Virus record (IMG/VR): IMGVR_UViG_3300037467_000462
Span: 1-44,188 of that record
Reading direction: 5' to 3' (one strand)
From: a virus
Taxonomy: Duplodnaviria > Caudoviricetes
DNA: 44,188 nucleotides
Shown one piece after another: positions 34,016-42,916 of the stretch. The notes under the pieces were generated by a model. The model was not told the origin of the DNA. It did no database searches and saw only the letters and a program-made list of their open reading frames with translations. The position numbers were made by a program, and so were the translations under genes. The stretch's first letter is position 1, and each line of letters begins with the position of its first letter.

Positions 34016-36369
34016 CGATTCATGCCCGCTTTCTCCCCAAGTATCCGAAGCGCATTCAGGTCACGGGTGGCCTGACAAAGGCAGAGGCGAATGGCGTCGT
34101 CACGTTCGGTTTTAACCGAGATGCGCTTGAACTGTCAGAGGTCGCGCTCTCTGGTCAATATTCCGATCTGCTCGGCAAGCCGACGCTTGGCACCGCTGCG
34201 GCGACGGATATTGGAGACTACGCAACCGCCGCGCAAGGAGCAAAGGCCGATACTGCGGTCCAGCCGGGTTCTCTCGGGGCATTGGCCTACAAGAACAAAG
34301 CTGCCATTGCGGATATCAGCGCGACCGGGACGGCGAACTCCGGGACATACCTTCGTGGCGATGGGACGTGGGGCACGCCGTCTGGTGCTGGCGACATGGC
34401 GAAGGCCGTCTATGATCCCGACACGATTGCGCTCAACGCCTTCGGCAAGGGCCTGCCGCTTCGGCTGCAATCCGATATTGCCAGCACGACAATCCCCGCT
34501 GCGGTTCAGTATATCCGAACGAGCGGCTATTCGGCTGTTGGTGTTGGTGCCGCGATGTACAAGCGCGTCGGGTCGCAGCCTTCTCATCCGGGCAAGGCTC
34601 AATCGGCAGATGGCGCGTGGTGGGAAATCGCGGAAGCGATCATCGACGCGCGGATGCTTGGCGTCACTGTCGGATCGAACGCCGATACAACGATGGCAAA
34701 CGCCATTGCGACGGCGGCAGCGCTCAAGGCTCCATTGGGCATTCCGACCGGGGCCTACACTTTCTTGAAGGAAGTAGACTTCTCGGCATTGGTAGGCGGG
34801 AAGATTATTCTTGGACTTGTTACATTCGACTTCACCGGGGCGACGGTCGCGGCAAACTTCCCTCATGGCTCGCACGTGTATGTCGGTGGTGCTGCGCTGG
34901 TTGCGATGCAGGATCTGAATCTGAACGTCATCAAGGGGGATTCTTCGCTCCGCTTTTTTAACACGTCGCACGGCGTGCAACCGGATGACCGATTCTGTAT
35001 TTACAATCCTACGTCAGGATCATTTAACGGCGCGCGGCCGGAGTATACGGCGGGCGAATGGTGCAGAGCGCTTAGCGTATCAGGCACCGATGTTGCACTA
35101 TACGCTGGGACCTATGCAGACTATGCGACAAGTGCCATCGATCTGTACAAACACCCCAACAAACCCATCAAAATCGATGGGGGGGTTCTTGTCATCAAGG
35201 AGAGTGTTGCAAGCGGGTTTGACATCATAGCTGGGTTCCGCGCGGATCGCATCGTGGATAGCGATTTTTCCGCGATCCAGCCGACGAACAGCCTGTATGC
35301 AGGTATGCGGCTGGACCAGTGCATCGGCATTTTCGGGCGCGGATACCGAGTGGTCCAACGCGATGTTACGGGCGGCAACGCTTATGGCGTTCTCTTTTCG
35401 AATAGCCAAGATTGTCTGCTTGAGGGCGAATTTGAAGGTGGCCGTCACGGCGTTGCACTCGGCGGGAGTTCAGGCCCCGGCGCAGTCCCGACCCGCAATG
35501 TCTATACGAAGGGCACTCATCGCAATAGCCCCGATGCAGGAAACGGAATCGGGTGTTGGAATGCGCACGGCTGCGCAGAGTTTTGCGGGGCAGAAGGCAC
35601 GTTCGAAGGGGGTATTAACCCCGGCGGTGATCATATGCGGTTCCGTGGGCGCATTCGGCTGCGCGCATCTCAGCGCGGTTGGGCAATCTATATCGCGGAA
35701 AACCTTGGCTTCAATTTCGATTTTGAAGGAATGGAGATCGAAGGTATCGGTGATCCGTCATTTTATGGGACGGTCGGTGTTATCGATCTTGGCGCAAGTT
35801 CAAGCGCCAATTCAGCGAACACCACGCGAGGCGGCCGGATCAACTTGAACAACGTCAAGTTTAATTGCCCCAGTGCTCGCATACTTGTCACGATGCAAAA
35901 CAACGGATTTACAACATCTGAAACGATGTCCCTCAGTTTAGAAGGAGCAAGTTGGCCGTCAACTAATGCTTCAAGCCCGTTGGTCGTTTACACGGATAAG
36001 GGGTCGCAGTCCCGCGTCATCGATCAGCTATCGCTGACAGGCTTTATGAACGGTGCCAAAGGCGCTTATTCAATGAACAGTACCCCCCTCGTTGCTGGTT
36101 GGAGGCAGCGCGGGACAGCCAATGTCACACCTTCGACATCGTCCAATAGCGTGTCACAGTCGATATCGTGGTTGATGCCCGCGCCGAAACCGCCGATCGT
36201 TCAGGTATGGTGTGCCGATGGCGCCTCAGCGGGCGAACCCGTCATCGGATTTAGCGGGTCGCCTACGACGACGACGTGCACTGTTGGTTTGATCACGGCG
36301 ACGAAGGCTAATTTCCCGTCTGTTGCGGCACTGGTTCTTTCGATAGATGCATCGCTGGATGAATTTTGA
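34012..36369 (+). CDS. Tailspike / receptor-binding protein, probable beta-helix depolymerase
   Basis: IRTSGYSAVGVGAAMYKR...SADGAWWE...DARMLG entry motif, then G/N/S-rich beta repeats. Confidence 0.8.
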   Translation: MTIHARFLPKYPKRIQVTGGLTKAEANGVVTFGFNRDALELSEVALSGQYSDLLGKPTLGTAAATDIGDYATAAQGAKADTAVQPGSLGALAYKNKAAIADISATGTANSGTYLRGDGTWGTPSGAGDMAKAVYDPDTIALNAFGKGLPLRLQSDIASTTIPAAVQYIRTSGYSAVGVGAAMYKRVGSQPSHPGKAQSADGAWWEIAEAIIDARMLGVTVGSNADTTMANAIATAAALKAPLGIPTGAYTFLKEVDFSALVGGKIILGLVTFDFTGATVAANFPHGSHVYVGGAALVAMQDLNLNVIKGDSSLRFFNTSHGVQPDDRFCIYNPTSGSFNGARPEYTAGEWCRALSVSGTDVALYAGTYADYATSAIDLYKHPNKPIKIDGGVLVIKESVASGFDIIAGFRADRIVDSDFSAIQPTNSLYAGMRLDQCIGIFGRGYRVVQRDVTGGNAYGVLFSNSQDCLLEGEFEGGRHGVALGGSSGPGAVPTRNVYTKGTHRNSPDAGNGIGCWNAHGCAEFCGAEGTFEGGINPGGDHMRFRGRIRLRASQRGWAIYIAENLGFNFDFEGMEIEGIGDPSFYGTVGVIDLGASSSANSANTTRGGRINLNNVKFNCPSARILVTMQNNGFTTSETMSLSLEGASWPSTNASSPLVVYTDKGSQSRVIDQLSLTGFMNGAKGAYSMNSTPLVAGWRQRGTANVTPSTSSNSVSQSISWLMPAPKPPIVQVWCADGASAGEPVIGFSGSPTTTTCTVGLITATKANFPSVAALVLSIDASLDEF

Positions 36370-37390
36370 CGCGAGTTCGAAATCTTTTCCCGAATTTTAG
36401 GATCGGCTTCTCGAAAAAATGGAATGAGATCGGCGCGATGATGAAAGTTAACAACGCGCCGATCCAGACGTTCGGCGGCCATGTAGGCACGTCGCGGTAG
36501 GGACCGTTGCCGGTGAGGATTCCTTGCCAGATGTAGAGGCCGTAAGAGATCGTCCCGATATAGGCGAGGGGCCGAAATTCAAGGGCATTCACGAGCATTG
36601 AGTTTTGGTTGCTGACGATCCATGCCAATAGGCCGGCGATGCCAAAGGCGTGCAGGACAGTCGCTGTTGGCGTCATTGTCGCGACAAGAGGCAGCGCGAT
36701 CAGGCCGACGTTGGCAATGAGAAACAGGACGTTTGTGAAGCGCCGCACCTCGTCATACAGCAGCGCGACGGTGCAGCCGATCATGATTGGATAGATGGCC
36801 GGGATCGTCCAGCGCCCGGTGTAATAGGTGCTCGATAGGTCTGGCCTGAGTGGGTGCCCGAGCACATACCAGCAGACGGCGACGATCAAAAAACAGAACG
36901 CGATGATCGCGCGTCGGCTAGGGATCAGGACCGCAAAGATAAACGGCCACATGAGGTAGAATTGTTCCTCAATGGCGAGGCTCCACAGGTGGCTAAGGTA
37001 GTTCACGGCGCTTGCTTGCGGGACGTAGTTGTAAGCAAAGAACGCGCTGTAGAGGAAAGCTTTGTCGCTGAAATATGCGATGCCAAGTAGCGATAGAATC
37101 CAAACAAATCCGACCGCGACAGCGTAAACCGGCAGAATGCGGAGAGCACGGCGGGCCATGAAGTACGGAACATGGGTTCCGCCGGTTTCCTTGCGCTCCT
37201 TGAGCAGCAACGTCGTGATCAGGAACCCGGACAGAACGAAGAACGTCCTCACGCCGAAGTCTGCGTCAAAAACTGCGAAGAACCGATGAGCCGGCCCAGC
37301 GCTGAGAATGCCCATGATGCCGACGTGAGACGCGATCACCAAAAGGACTGAAATAGCCCGCAGGCCGTCGAAACCGCGAATGTGGTTCAT
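36308..37390 (-). CDS. Acyltransferase-3 (OafA-like) membrane O-acyltransferase moron
   Basis: FDGLRAIS; FFVLSGFLIT; RRALRILP; HLWSLAIEEQFY; GTISYGLYIWQ; FEKP. Confidence 0.93.
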   Translation of the reverse strand: MNHIRGFDGLRAISVLLVIASHVGIMGILSAGPAHRFFAVFDADFGVRTFFVLSGFLITTLLLKERKETGGTHVPYFMARRALRILPVYAVAVGFVWILSLLGIAYFSDKAFLYSAFFAYNYVPQASAVNYLSHLWSLAIEEQFYLMWPFIFAVLIPSRRAIIAFCFLIVAVCWYVLGHPLRPDLSSTYYTGRWTIPAIYPIMIGCTVALLYDEVRRFTNVLFLIANVGLIALPLVATMTPTATVLHAFGIAGLLAWIVSNQNSMLVNALEFRPLAYIGTISYGLYIWQGILTGNGPYRDVPTWPPNVWIGALLTFIIAPISFHFFEKPILKFGKRFRTRVKIHPAMHLSKEPVPQQTGN

Positions 37391-37480
37391 TGTAACCCCG
37401 CCAAATGCGGCCTCCCTCTACCACACGTAGCCCGCACAATTCCACACCCACCCCACCTTCAATTCAGAGGACGAGAACCT

Positions 37481-38119
37481 ATGCGCCTGAGCCCGACTGG
37501 CCTTGCGATTGTGAAGGCGTTCGAAAACTGCCTTGAGCCAGTGAAAGGTCGTCCGGGCTACTTCAAGCCGTATGTCGATCCGGTCGGCGTCCTGACGATT
37601 GGCTGGGGCCACACGAACCACCACGAGCCGAAATTCACGTCTGCCACGGTCTGGTCGCAGCAGCAGTGCGACGACGCTCTGGCTGGCGACATGGCGCTAT
37701 TCGAGGCGCACGTTGCCAAGTTCGCCAAGGTCGCGCTGAGCCAGAACGAGTTCGATGCTCTGGTGTCGTGGGCCTATAACACGGGCGGGCCCGAGACGGC
37801 CACGCTCTGGCGCAAGTTGAATGCCGGCGACCGCGCGTCGATCCCGAAAGAGCTGGCAAAATGGAATCGGGGCGGCGGCAAGGTGCTGAATGGCCTTGTC
37901 CGGCGCCGGAAGGCAGAGGGTCAGTTGTTCGCAGGCGACGTAGCAGGGGCGCTGCAAACTGCAGGGGCGAAGGTGCCCGTCGTCGCGCCGGACTCACCAG
38001 CGCCCGCCGCTGGGCCGCCTGAGCCTATTCCAGCGCAGCCCGCACCGTCTCAACCGCCGTCCGCTTGGGGCGGCTTTTTTAATGCCCTCATCAACCTGTT
38101 CAAACGAGGTTCGAAATGA
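37481..38119 (+). CDS. GH24 endolysin with Pro-rich linker and amphipathic C-terminal tail
   Basis: KAFE...YVDPVGVLTIGWGHT; FDALVSWAYNTG; GLVRRRKAE. Confidence 0.93.
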   Translation: MRLSPTGLAIVKAFENCLEPVKGRPGYFKPYVDPVGVLTIGWGHTNHHEPKFTSATVWSQQQCDDALAGDMALFEAHVAKFAKVALSQNEFDALVSWAYNTGGPETATLWRKLNAGDRASIPKELAKWNRGGGKVLNGLVRRRKAEGQLFAGDVAGALQTAGAKVPVVAPDSPAPAAGPPEPIPAQPAPSQPPSAWGGFFNALINLFKRGSK

Positions 38120-38289
38120 CCACTGCTGTAATCATCGGCGACGTGTTGCTGTTGGCCGTCGGCTACGTGGCCGCGATCTATACGTGGCCCCGCGTCAAGG
38201 TGCTCTGGAATGGTCTGGAAACCGAAGCCCGCGCGCTCCGTGCCAAGGCCGTCGATCTTGAGACCAAGATCAAGGGGCTGGGCAAGTGA
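38116..38289 (+). CDS. 57-aa single-TM plus coiled-coil protein
   Basis: Hand translation MTTAVIIGDVLLLAVGYVAAIYTW...; coupled at both ends. Confidence 0.65.
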   Translation: MTTAVIIGDVLLLAVGYVAAIYTWPRVKVLWNGLETEARALRAKAVDLETKIKGLGK

Positions 38290-38492
38290 TGGCCGATGCT
38301 CTCGCGCCGCTGGTTCGCATTCTGCTGCGTTGGCTCGGCGGGTTCCTGATCGCCAAGGGCCTAGCGAGCAGCCCCGACGCCTTCACCGATCCAGACCTCG
38401 TAACCGTGATCTGTTTCGCCGTCGCTGGCATCTGCGGGCTGATCTCGGAGGGCTGGTGGGCGTTGGCACGTCGTCGTGGATGGAGCCGGTAG
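38289..38492 (+). CDS. Small two-TM holin-like protein
   Basis: APLVRILLRW...WWALARRRGW basic C-terminus. Confidence 0.65.
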   Translation: MADALAPLVRILLRWLGGFLIAKGLASSPDAFTDPDLVTVICFAVAGICGLISEGWWALARRRGWSR

Positions 38493-38493
38493 G

Positions 38494-38898
38494 ATGGCCG
38501 CGATATTTTCCTGGCTGGCGTCCTTCCTGTCGGGGCCAATCGTCGGCGCTGTGGTCGATGGCTACAAGGCCAAGCTGGCGGCCGGCAATGACAAGGACCG
38601 GATTGCGGCCGATCTGGCGCAACGCGAACTTGACGTGCAGCGCGCCGAGATCGAGGCGCAGACGCAGTATCGCATTGCGACGGTCGGCAAATGGTACGAG
38701 CCCGAAAAGATCATCGGGTATTCCGTCGCCTTCATCATCGCAAAGGTTCTCGTTTGGGACATTTGCCTTGGGCTCGGATCGACGCCTGAGCCGAAAGGCT
38801 GGATCGCCAACGTCACGTTGATGGTGATCGGGTTCTATTTCGGCAAGCGCGGCGTCGAAAACGTCGCCAAGATCGTGGCCGGAGCACTCCGCAAATGA
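38494..38898 (+). CDS. Holin-like membrane protein
   Basis: N-terminal amphipathic helix, coiled coil, two TMs, FYFGKRG. Confidence 0.65.
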   Translation: MAAIFSWLASFLSGPIVGAVVDGYKAKLAAGNDKDRIAADLAQRELDVQRAEIEAQTQYRIATVGKWYEPEKIIGYSVAFIIAKVLVWDICLGLGSTPEPKGWIANVTLMVIGFYFGKRGVENVAKIVAGALRK

Positions 38899-39329
38899 CC
38901 TGCTCACTTGCCGGCCTCGTCCGTCATTTCAACAACCGAATATCCGAAGCCGCCGCCGCATGGATCATGGTCGGGCTCGGCATCCAGATCATCGCCGCAC
39001 CGGTGCCGTCCGACTACCGCGCGCTGGATATGCTGTTGCGATGGCTGACCGGCGATTTCATAGCGTGGTTCTTTATTGCGGTCGGAACGGTGCGGATTGT
39101 CGCGCTGATCGCCAACGGCAGATGGCCGAAATACGGGCCATGGCTTCGGTCGGTCGGGGCGCTCGTCGGGGCGCTCGTCTGGTCGCAGATGTTCCTCGGT
39201 CTCATTGTCGTAACGCCGGATGATCTCACGTCGCTAGGTGCGCCGGTCTATTTTGTCATGACATGGGTGGAGCTTATCTCCATCTACCGCGCGCTGGCGA
39301 TGAGGGATCATCATGGACGGCCTCACTAA
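38895..39329 (+). CDS. Four-TM membrane protein
   Basis: Hydrophobic helices; RIVALIANG..PWLR. Confidence 0.7.
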   Translation: MTCSLAGLVRHFNNRISEAAAAWIMVGLGIQIIAAPVPSDYRALDMLLRWLTGDFIAWFFIAVGTVRIVALIANGRWPKYGPWLRSVGALVGALVWSQMFLGLIVVTPDDLTSLGAPVYFVMTWVELISIYRALAMRDHHGRPH

Positions 39330-39645
39330 ACCCGCCTTCGACGCGTTCAGCGCCTTTCCCATCATCCAGGTCGTGGTAAGCGCCATGATCTTGCTGGCGG
39401 GCGTCTACGTCATGACGCGCGGCAGTCGCGACAACGCCAGCAAGCCGCCAGAGATGATCCCGCAGTGGATCTTGATTGGCCCGCTGCACGACATGATGGG
39501 TGCCGTCCATGACGTGGCGGAAGAGACGCGCCGTACCAACGAACTGCTGCGCGACGTCAAGGACATCATGGGCGATCTGCTGCGTCAGTCCGAAATGAAC
39601 AAGGCCACGCTTGAGGCCATCCGCAATGAAAGTCGGATGCGATGA
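39313..39645 (+). CDS. Single-TM coiled-coil protein
   Basis: One TM followed by a heptad-like segment. Confidence 0.65.
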   Translation: MDGLTKPAFDAFSAFPIIQVVVSAMILLAGVYVMTRGSRDNASKPPEMIPQWILIGPLHDMMGAVHDVAEETRRTNELLRDVKDIMGDLLRQSEMNKATLEAIRNESRMR

Positions 39646-39830
39646 TCCAACCCCTCGGCGCCATCCTCGCCCTATGGGGCGCTTGGCTTATGCTGATCGG
39701 CGCTAGGGGCTGGTGGACGTTTGGGCTGCTGGTGGTGGGTGGGGCGGTGTTAGGGCTTCCCACGCTCGTGCAGTTTCTTCACGACCAAGCTGGCGCGATA
39801 TTCTGGATCGGCGGCATAGCGCTCCGCTAG
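39642..39830 (+). CDS. Small hydrophobic protein
   Basis: ATGA-coupled; overlaps a convergent gene. Confidence 0.5.
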   Translation: MIQPLGAILALWGAWLMLIGARGWWTFGLLVVGGAVLGLPTLVQFLHDQAGAIFWIGGIALR

Positions 39831-39947
39831 ATCGCGCTTCTCGGCCGGGAAATGCCGAACCGGCTGACCGTTGAGCGTCACGGTCCACCAACCCTCTGGG
39901 TCATGAGGGCCGCGTTCCATGGGGACGACTTCATAACGGTCGGTCAT
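39750..39947 (-). CDS. Small hypothetical protein
   Basis: AAGGA RBS; WWTVTLNGQPVRHF. Confidence 0.55.
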   Translation of the reverse strand: MTDRYEVVPMERGPHDPEGWWTVTLNGQPVRHFPAEKRDLAERYAADPEYRASLVVKKLHERGKP

Positions 39948-40032
39948 TCCTTGCCCTTCGCCGGCCTATCCCTTGACCCATGCTCTGCAACGTAGCCTAG
40001 GCGGGGCTTGTTGGTGACGTGGGGCCAGTGGG

Positions 40033-40338
40033 TCATCGTTTTTCGAGGATGATGGGCGGCAATGGGCGTAACATTGCCTCCGTTCGCTTAACATCCATTA
40101 TGGCCAATTCCTGATCTGTCCATCCTTTTTGATTGCGAGGGGGCAGTCCAGCCTTCTCGCGATCATCCTTTGTGATGACGTCAATACCCGCGTTATGCAG
40201 CGCGTCTATCAAATCACGCGTGGCGTATTTGTGGTCATCGCGCTGGATATACTTCCCGACAGCCGACATGATTAAGGCTGCCACAGCGTCAACCTGATAT
40301 CGCTGGCGGTCTGGTGCATATTCTTCAATGCCTAGCAT
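40033..40338 (-). CDS. Hypothetical protein
   Basis: ORF with GGAG RBS. Confidence 0.6.
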   Translation of the reverse strand: MLGIEEYAPDRQRYQVDAVAALIMSAVGKYIQRDDHKYATRDLIDALHNAGIDVITKDDREKAGLPPRNQKGWTDQELAIMDVKRTEAMLRPLPPIILEKR

Positions 40339-40392
40339 TTTGACTCTCCATCTCTCTCCATCCTAGCCCGGATCGTGGCCGGGTGCATTTTC

Positions 40393-40596
40393 TCAATTCC
40401 GCGCCCCGATCTCTCCGAAATACTCTGACGTCTCACGGACCTGACCGTCCGCTGGCGTTATCGTAGGGCTCCCGCACTTCGGGCATGGCCATGGGTCGCA
40501 GGCGAGATGCCCTGCCGGAACTACGACGTCGCCAACCGGGAATTTTGCATTACAGGTCAGACAAGCCCACTGCTGTTTTAGTGCGTCGGCCATCAC
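40393..40596 (-). CDS. Zinc-ribbon protein
   Basis: CLTC...CPKCGS. Confidence 0.65.
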   Translation of the reverse strand: MMADALKQQWACLTCNAKFPVGDVVVPAGHLACDPWPCPKCGSPTITPADGQVRETSEYFGEIGARN

Positions 40597-40799
40597 TCCC
40601 CCTCCTTGGAGGGCGGCGGCATCCAGTGGGTCGGGTAGAATACGTTAAAACTGGCAGCGTCAACCCAGCCTTCGGTATATCCTCCCGCCTCGTAAAATCC
40701 GTCTAGCTCGACAATGCCATCGGTGTTAGGCCAGCGGCCTTTTAAGCGGACTGCCGTCCCATCCCTCGGCGCCGTCCCGATATCCTGCCAGGTGGTCAT
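40593..40799 (-). CDS. DUF551-like protein
   Basis: WQDIGTAPRDGT...PTHWMP. Confidence 0.8.
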   Translation of the reverse strand: MTTWQDIGTAPRDGTAVRLKGRWPNTDGIVELDGFYEAGGYTEGWVDAASFNVFYPTHWMPPPSKEGE

Positions 40800-40981
40800 G
40801 GGGCGCGTCCTTCGGCTGGCTTCTTGGCCGGGAACGTCCGGTCGAGCGCGAGGCAAATCTTCAAGCTGTTTTCGACCGCGAAGTCCGCGATCAAGTTCCA
40901 AGCCTCAGCCTTCTCCGATCCTTCCGCCGTCCCGTACTCTTTGACGAGGCGCGCGAACTCTTCGACCAGTCGCTCAGCCAT
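40796..40981 (-). CDS. Hypothetical protein
   Basis: AGGAGG RBS; coupled. Confidence 0.6.
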   Translation of the reverse strand: MAERLVEEFARLVKEYGTAEGSEKAEAWNLIADFAVENSLKICLALDRTFPAKKPAEGRAP

Positions 40982-41011
40982 TCACCCCTCCTGTGAACGA
41001 GGGGCGGACGA

Positions 41012-41178
41012 TGGCTCAGTTTCGGCACAGTTATAAGGCGATCTTCCCTTTTTGTTCACGGTCTTGTCTCCACTTGGTTGTCATAAAAATCAACAACTTA
41101 GTGGGAGGCGTAATCAGAGCCCGCCAACCCACCACCTATGATATGTACTGTATTCATCGCACCTTGGCTCAGATTTGG
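41012..41178. other. Probable attP region
   Basis: Non-coding, directly downstream of int; arm-like repeats TGGCTCAGTTT/CGGCACAGTTA (41012-41033) and TGGCTCAGATT (41165-41175); IHF consensus AATCAACAACTTA (41088-41100). Confidence 0.7.
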
Positions 41179-42171
41179 TTATATATCGGCGGCATCGGCC
41201 TGCCAATCGGGGCTGTGATGACCGTATGTCGCCTCCAGAACGCGGACTGTCATTCCCAGATATCCGGCGGCTTGCCAAGGCGGAACTCCGCGCTGCACCA
41301 TCCACGTCGCCCGCGTATGCCGCAGGACATGGGGATGGACGCCGACCAGCCCGGCCGCCTTGCAAGCCTCTTTCCATGACCGCCACGGATCGCGCAGAAT
41401 CGGTTGCCCGTTGTAGTGGACCACATACCGGCATTTATCGCCGTCCGCCGCCTTCCAGCGCCTCAGGAAGTGCTTGAGCTTCCTTGGCAGCCTGATCGGC
41501 GGGGTGCGCTTGTTGGCTGTCTCTGCGGCTCCCTTGGGCCTCCGGCGCATGGTCCCGGCTTCAAGGTCGATCCATGACCATTCGAGCGTCCGCAGCACTC
41601 CCGCTCTGGAACCTGTGTACAAGCCAAGCATCACGAATCGTTTTAGGTGCTCGGCTCGCTTCGATGCCTTCACCAGCCGGGCCGCCTCGTTGACCGTCAG
41701 CCATCGTTCGCGCGGCGGCGGGGCCGGGGGCTTCCAGACGGTCGGGATGACGGCGAGGGCGGATCGTTCCTTGTGCCAATACCGAATGGCCGATTGCAGC
41801 TTTTCGAGGTCGGAGCGCGCTGCCGATTGCGTTCGGGATTTCGCGTAGACCTTGCAGTTCGCAGAGGTCACGTCGGCCAGGGTTTTGTCGCCCCAAAACC
41901 CGGCAAGGTTCGATATGCTGTATTTTGCCGAGCGGGACTTCATCTCTGGAATCCGTTCCTTCAAATAGAACAGCAGAATATCGGCAATCGGCGGGTCATC
42001 TGACTTCGCCGGGACATACTTCGCCGCTATGTATTTCGCGAGGAGCTTTTCAGCCCATTCAAGCTTTGCCTCAGGGCAGCCTGTGCGGATGAAACTCGAT
42101 CCGTCTCGGATGGCCCATTGTCGTCTCTTTTTATCGAGATAGAGGCGCGGACCTGACGCTCTACGCGGCAT
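41179..42171 (-). CDS. int: Tyrosine integrase
   Basis: TGSRAG (R), HVLRHT (HxxR), TYGHH (catalytic Y). Confidence 0.95.
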   Translation of the reverse strand: MPRRASGPRLYLDKKRRQWAIRDGSSFIRTGCPEAKLEWAEKLLAKYIAAKYVPAKSDDPPIADILLFYLKERIPEMKSRSAKYSISNLAGFWGDKTLADVTSANCKVYAKSRTQSAARSDLEKLQSAIRYWHKERSALAVIPTVWKPPAPPPRERWLTVNEAARLVKASKRAEHLKRFVMLGLYTGSRAGVLRTLEWSWIDLEAGTMRRRPKGAAETANKRTPPIRLPRKLKHFLRRWKAADGDKCRYVVHYNGQPILRDPWRSWKEACKAAGLVGVHPHVLRHTRATWMVQRGVPPWQAAGYLGMTVRVLEATYGHHSPDWQADAADI

Positions 42172-42350
42172 CGTTCAACCCATTCCCTGACTGCGTTCGG
42201 CGTGGTGTAGTATTGCCGGCCGAGCTTGTACATTGCCAGCCGACCGCGAAGCCCGTCAGCCTTCAAGACGCCCTTTGACAGGCCAAAGTGCTGCGCGGCG
42301 TCGGCAAGCGTCACCGGATCATTGTCGCGATCTGCCACCACCCTGCTCAT
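42027..42350 (-). CDS. Excisionase-like HTH protein
   Basis: VTLADAAQHF...GRLAMYKLGRQYYTT...REWVERCR; overlaps int 5' end. Confidence 0.75.
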   Translation of the reverse strand: MSRVVADRDNDPVTLADAAQHFGLSKGVLKADGLRGRLAMYKLGRQYYTTPNAVREWVERCRVERQVRASISIKRDDNGPSETDRVSSAQAALRQSLNGLKSSSRNT

Positions 42351-42676
42351 GGGCGCTCACCATCGGGGGGTGGCGCGGGGCGAGTCTTGGCATAATCTTT
42401 CAGGCACGCTTCAACGCTAGACCATCGCGGCCTCTGATATGCATCTATAACGGCCAAGGCTTCGTCGAAGTCGCGACCGGCAATAGCGTCTCGGAGGACG
42501 TTGAACATTTCCTCTAATGCATCGGCCTGCTTTTGTAAGATTGGCGCTTGTCGCTTCCCGCGCAACTCCAATTCTTCAATCAACGTTTCATCATCGAGGT
42601 CATTGAGCAGATCGTTGACGTCCACATCAACATCAACGGTGATTGATCCTCGGTATGGTCTGCGGATTCGTGCCAT
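42347..42676 (-). CDS. Hypothetical protein
   Basis: VDVDVNDLLNDLDDETLIEELELRG; coupled. Confidence 0.7.
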   Translation of the reverse strand: MARIRRPYRGSITVDVDVDVNDLLNDLDDETLIEELELRGKRQAPILQKQADALEEMFNVLRDAIAGRDFDEALAVIDAYQRPRWSSVEACLKDYAKTRPAPPPDGERP

Positions 42677-42679
42677 CCC

Positions 42680-42916
42680 TTACCCCTCCGCCTTTGGGGG
42701 AGAGGCCTCTCCCGTTGTGGCTGCGGAAGGAAAGCTGCACATTTCATTAATTGTCGTTGCCGGGTTCAGTCCCGCCGGTCCTCGATCTCGCGGAACGATG
42801 TCAAATCCTCGCGCATGAAGTTCGCGCGCAAGAGACCATCCGTAATCGATGAGATCGCCGCCCGGTTTCGCAGCTTTAGCAGCCTCACCCAGGCGCCATG
42901 CGTATTGATTATTCAT
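42680..42916 (-). CDS. Hypothetical protein (haplotype B copy of 23-259)
   Basis: Identical translation. Confidence 0.85.
   Translation of the reverse strand: MNNQYAWRLGEAAKAAKPGGDLIDYGWSLARELHARGFDIVPRDRGPAGLNPATTINEMCSFPSAATTGEASPPKAEG

Noticed and set aside
38054-38080. Terminator-like hairpin plus T run in the endolysin 3' end
   Set aside because: Imperfect stem inside a CDS that is coupled to the next gene; insufficient support.
41112-41135. tRNA/tmRNA 3' end (…CCCACCA)
   Set aside because: No TTCRA T-loop at the proper distance; I found no tRNA gene in the window.
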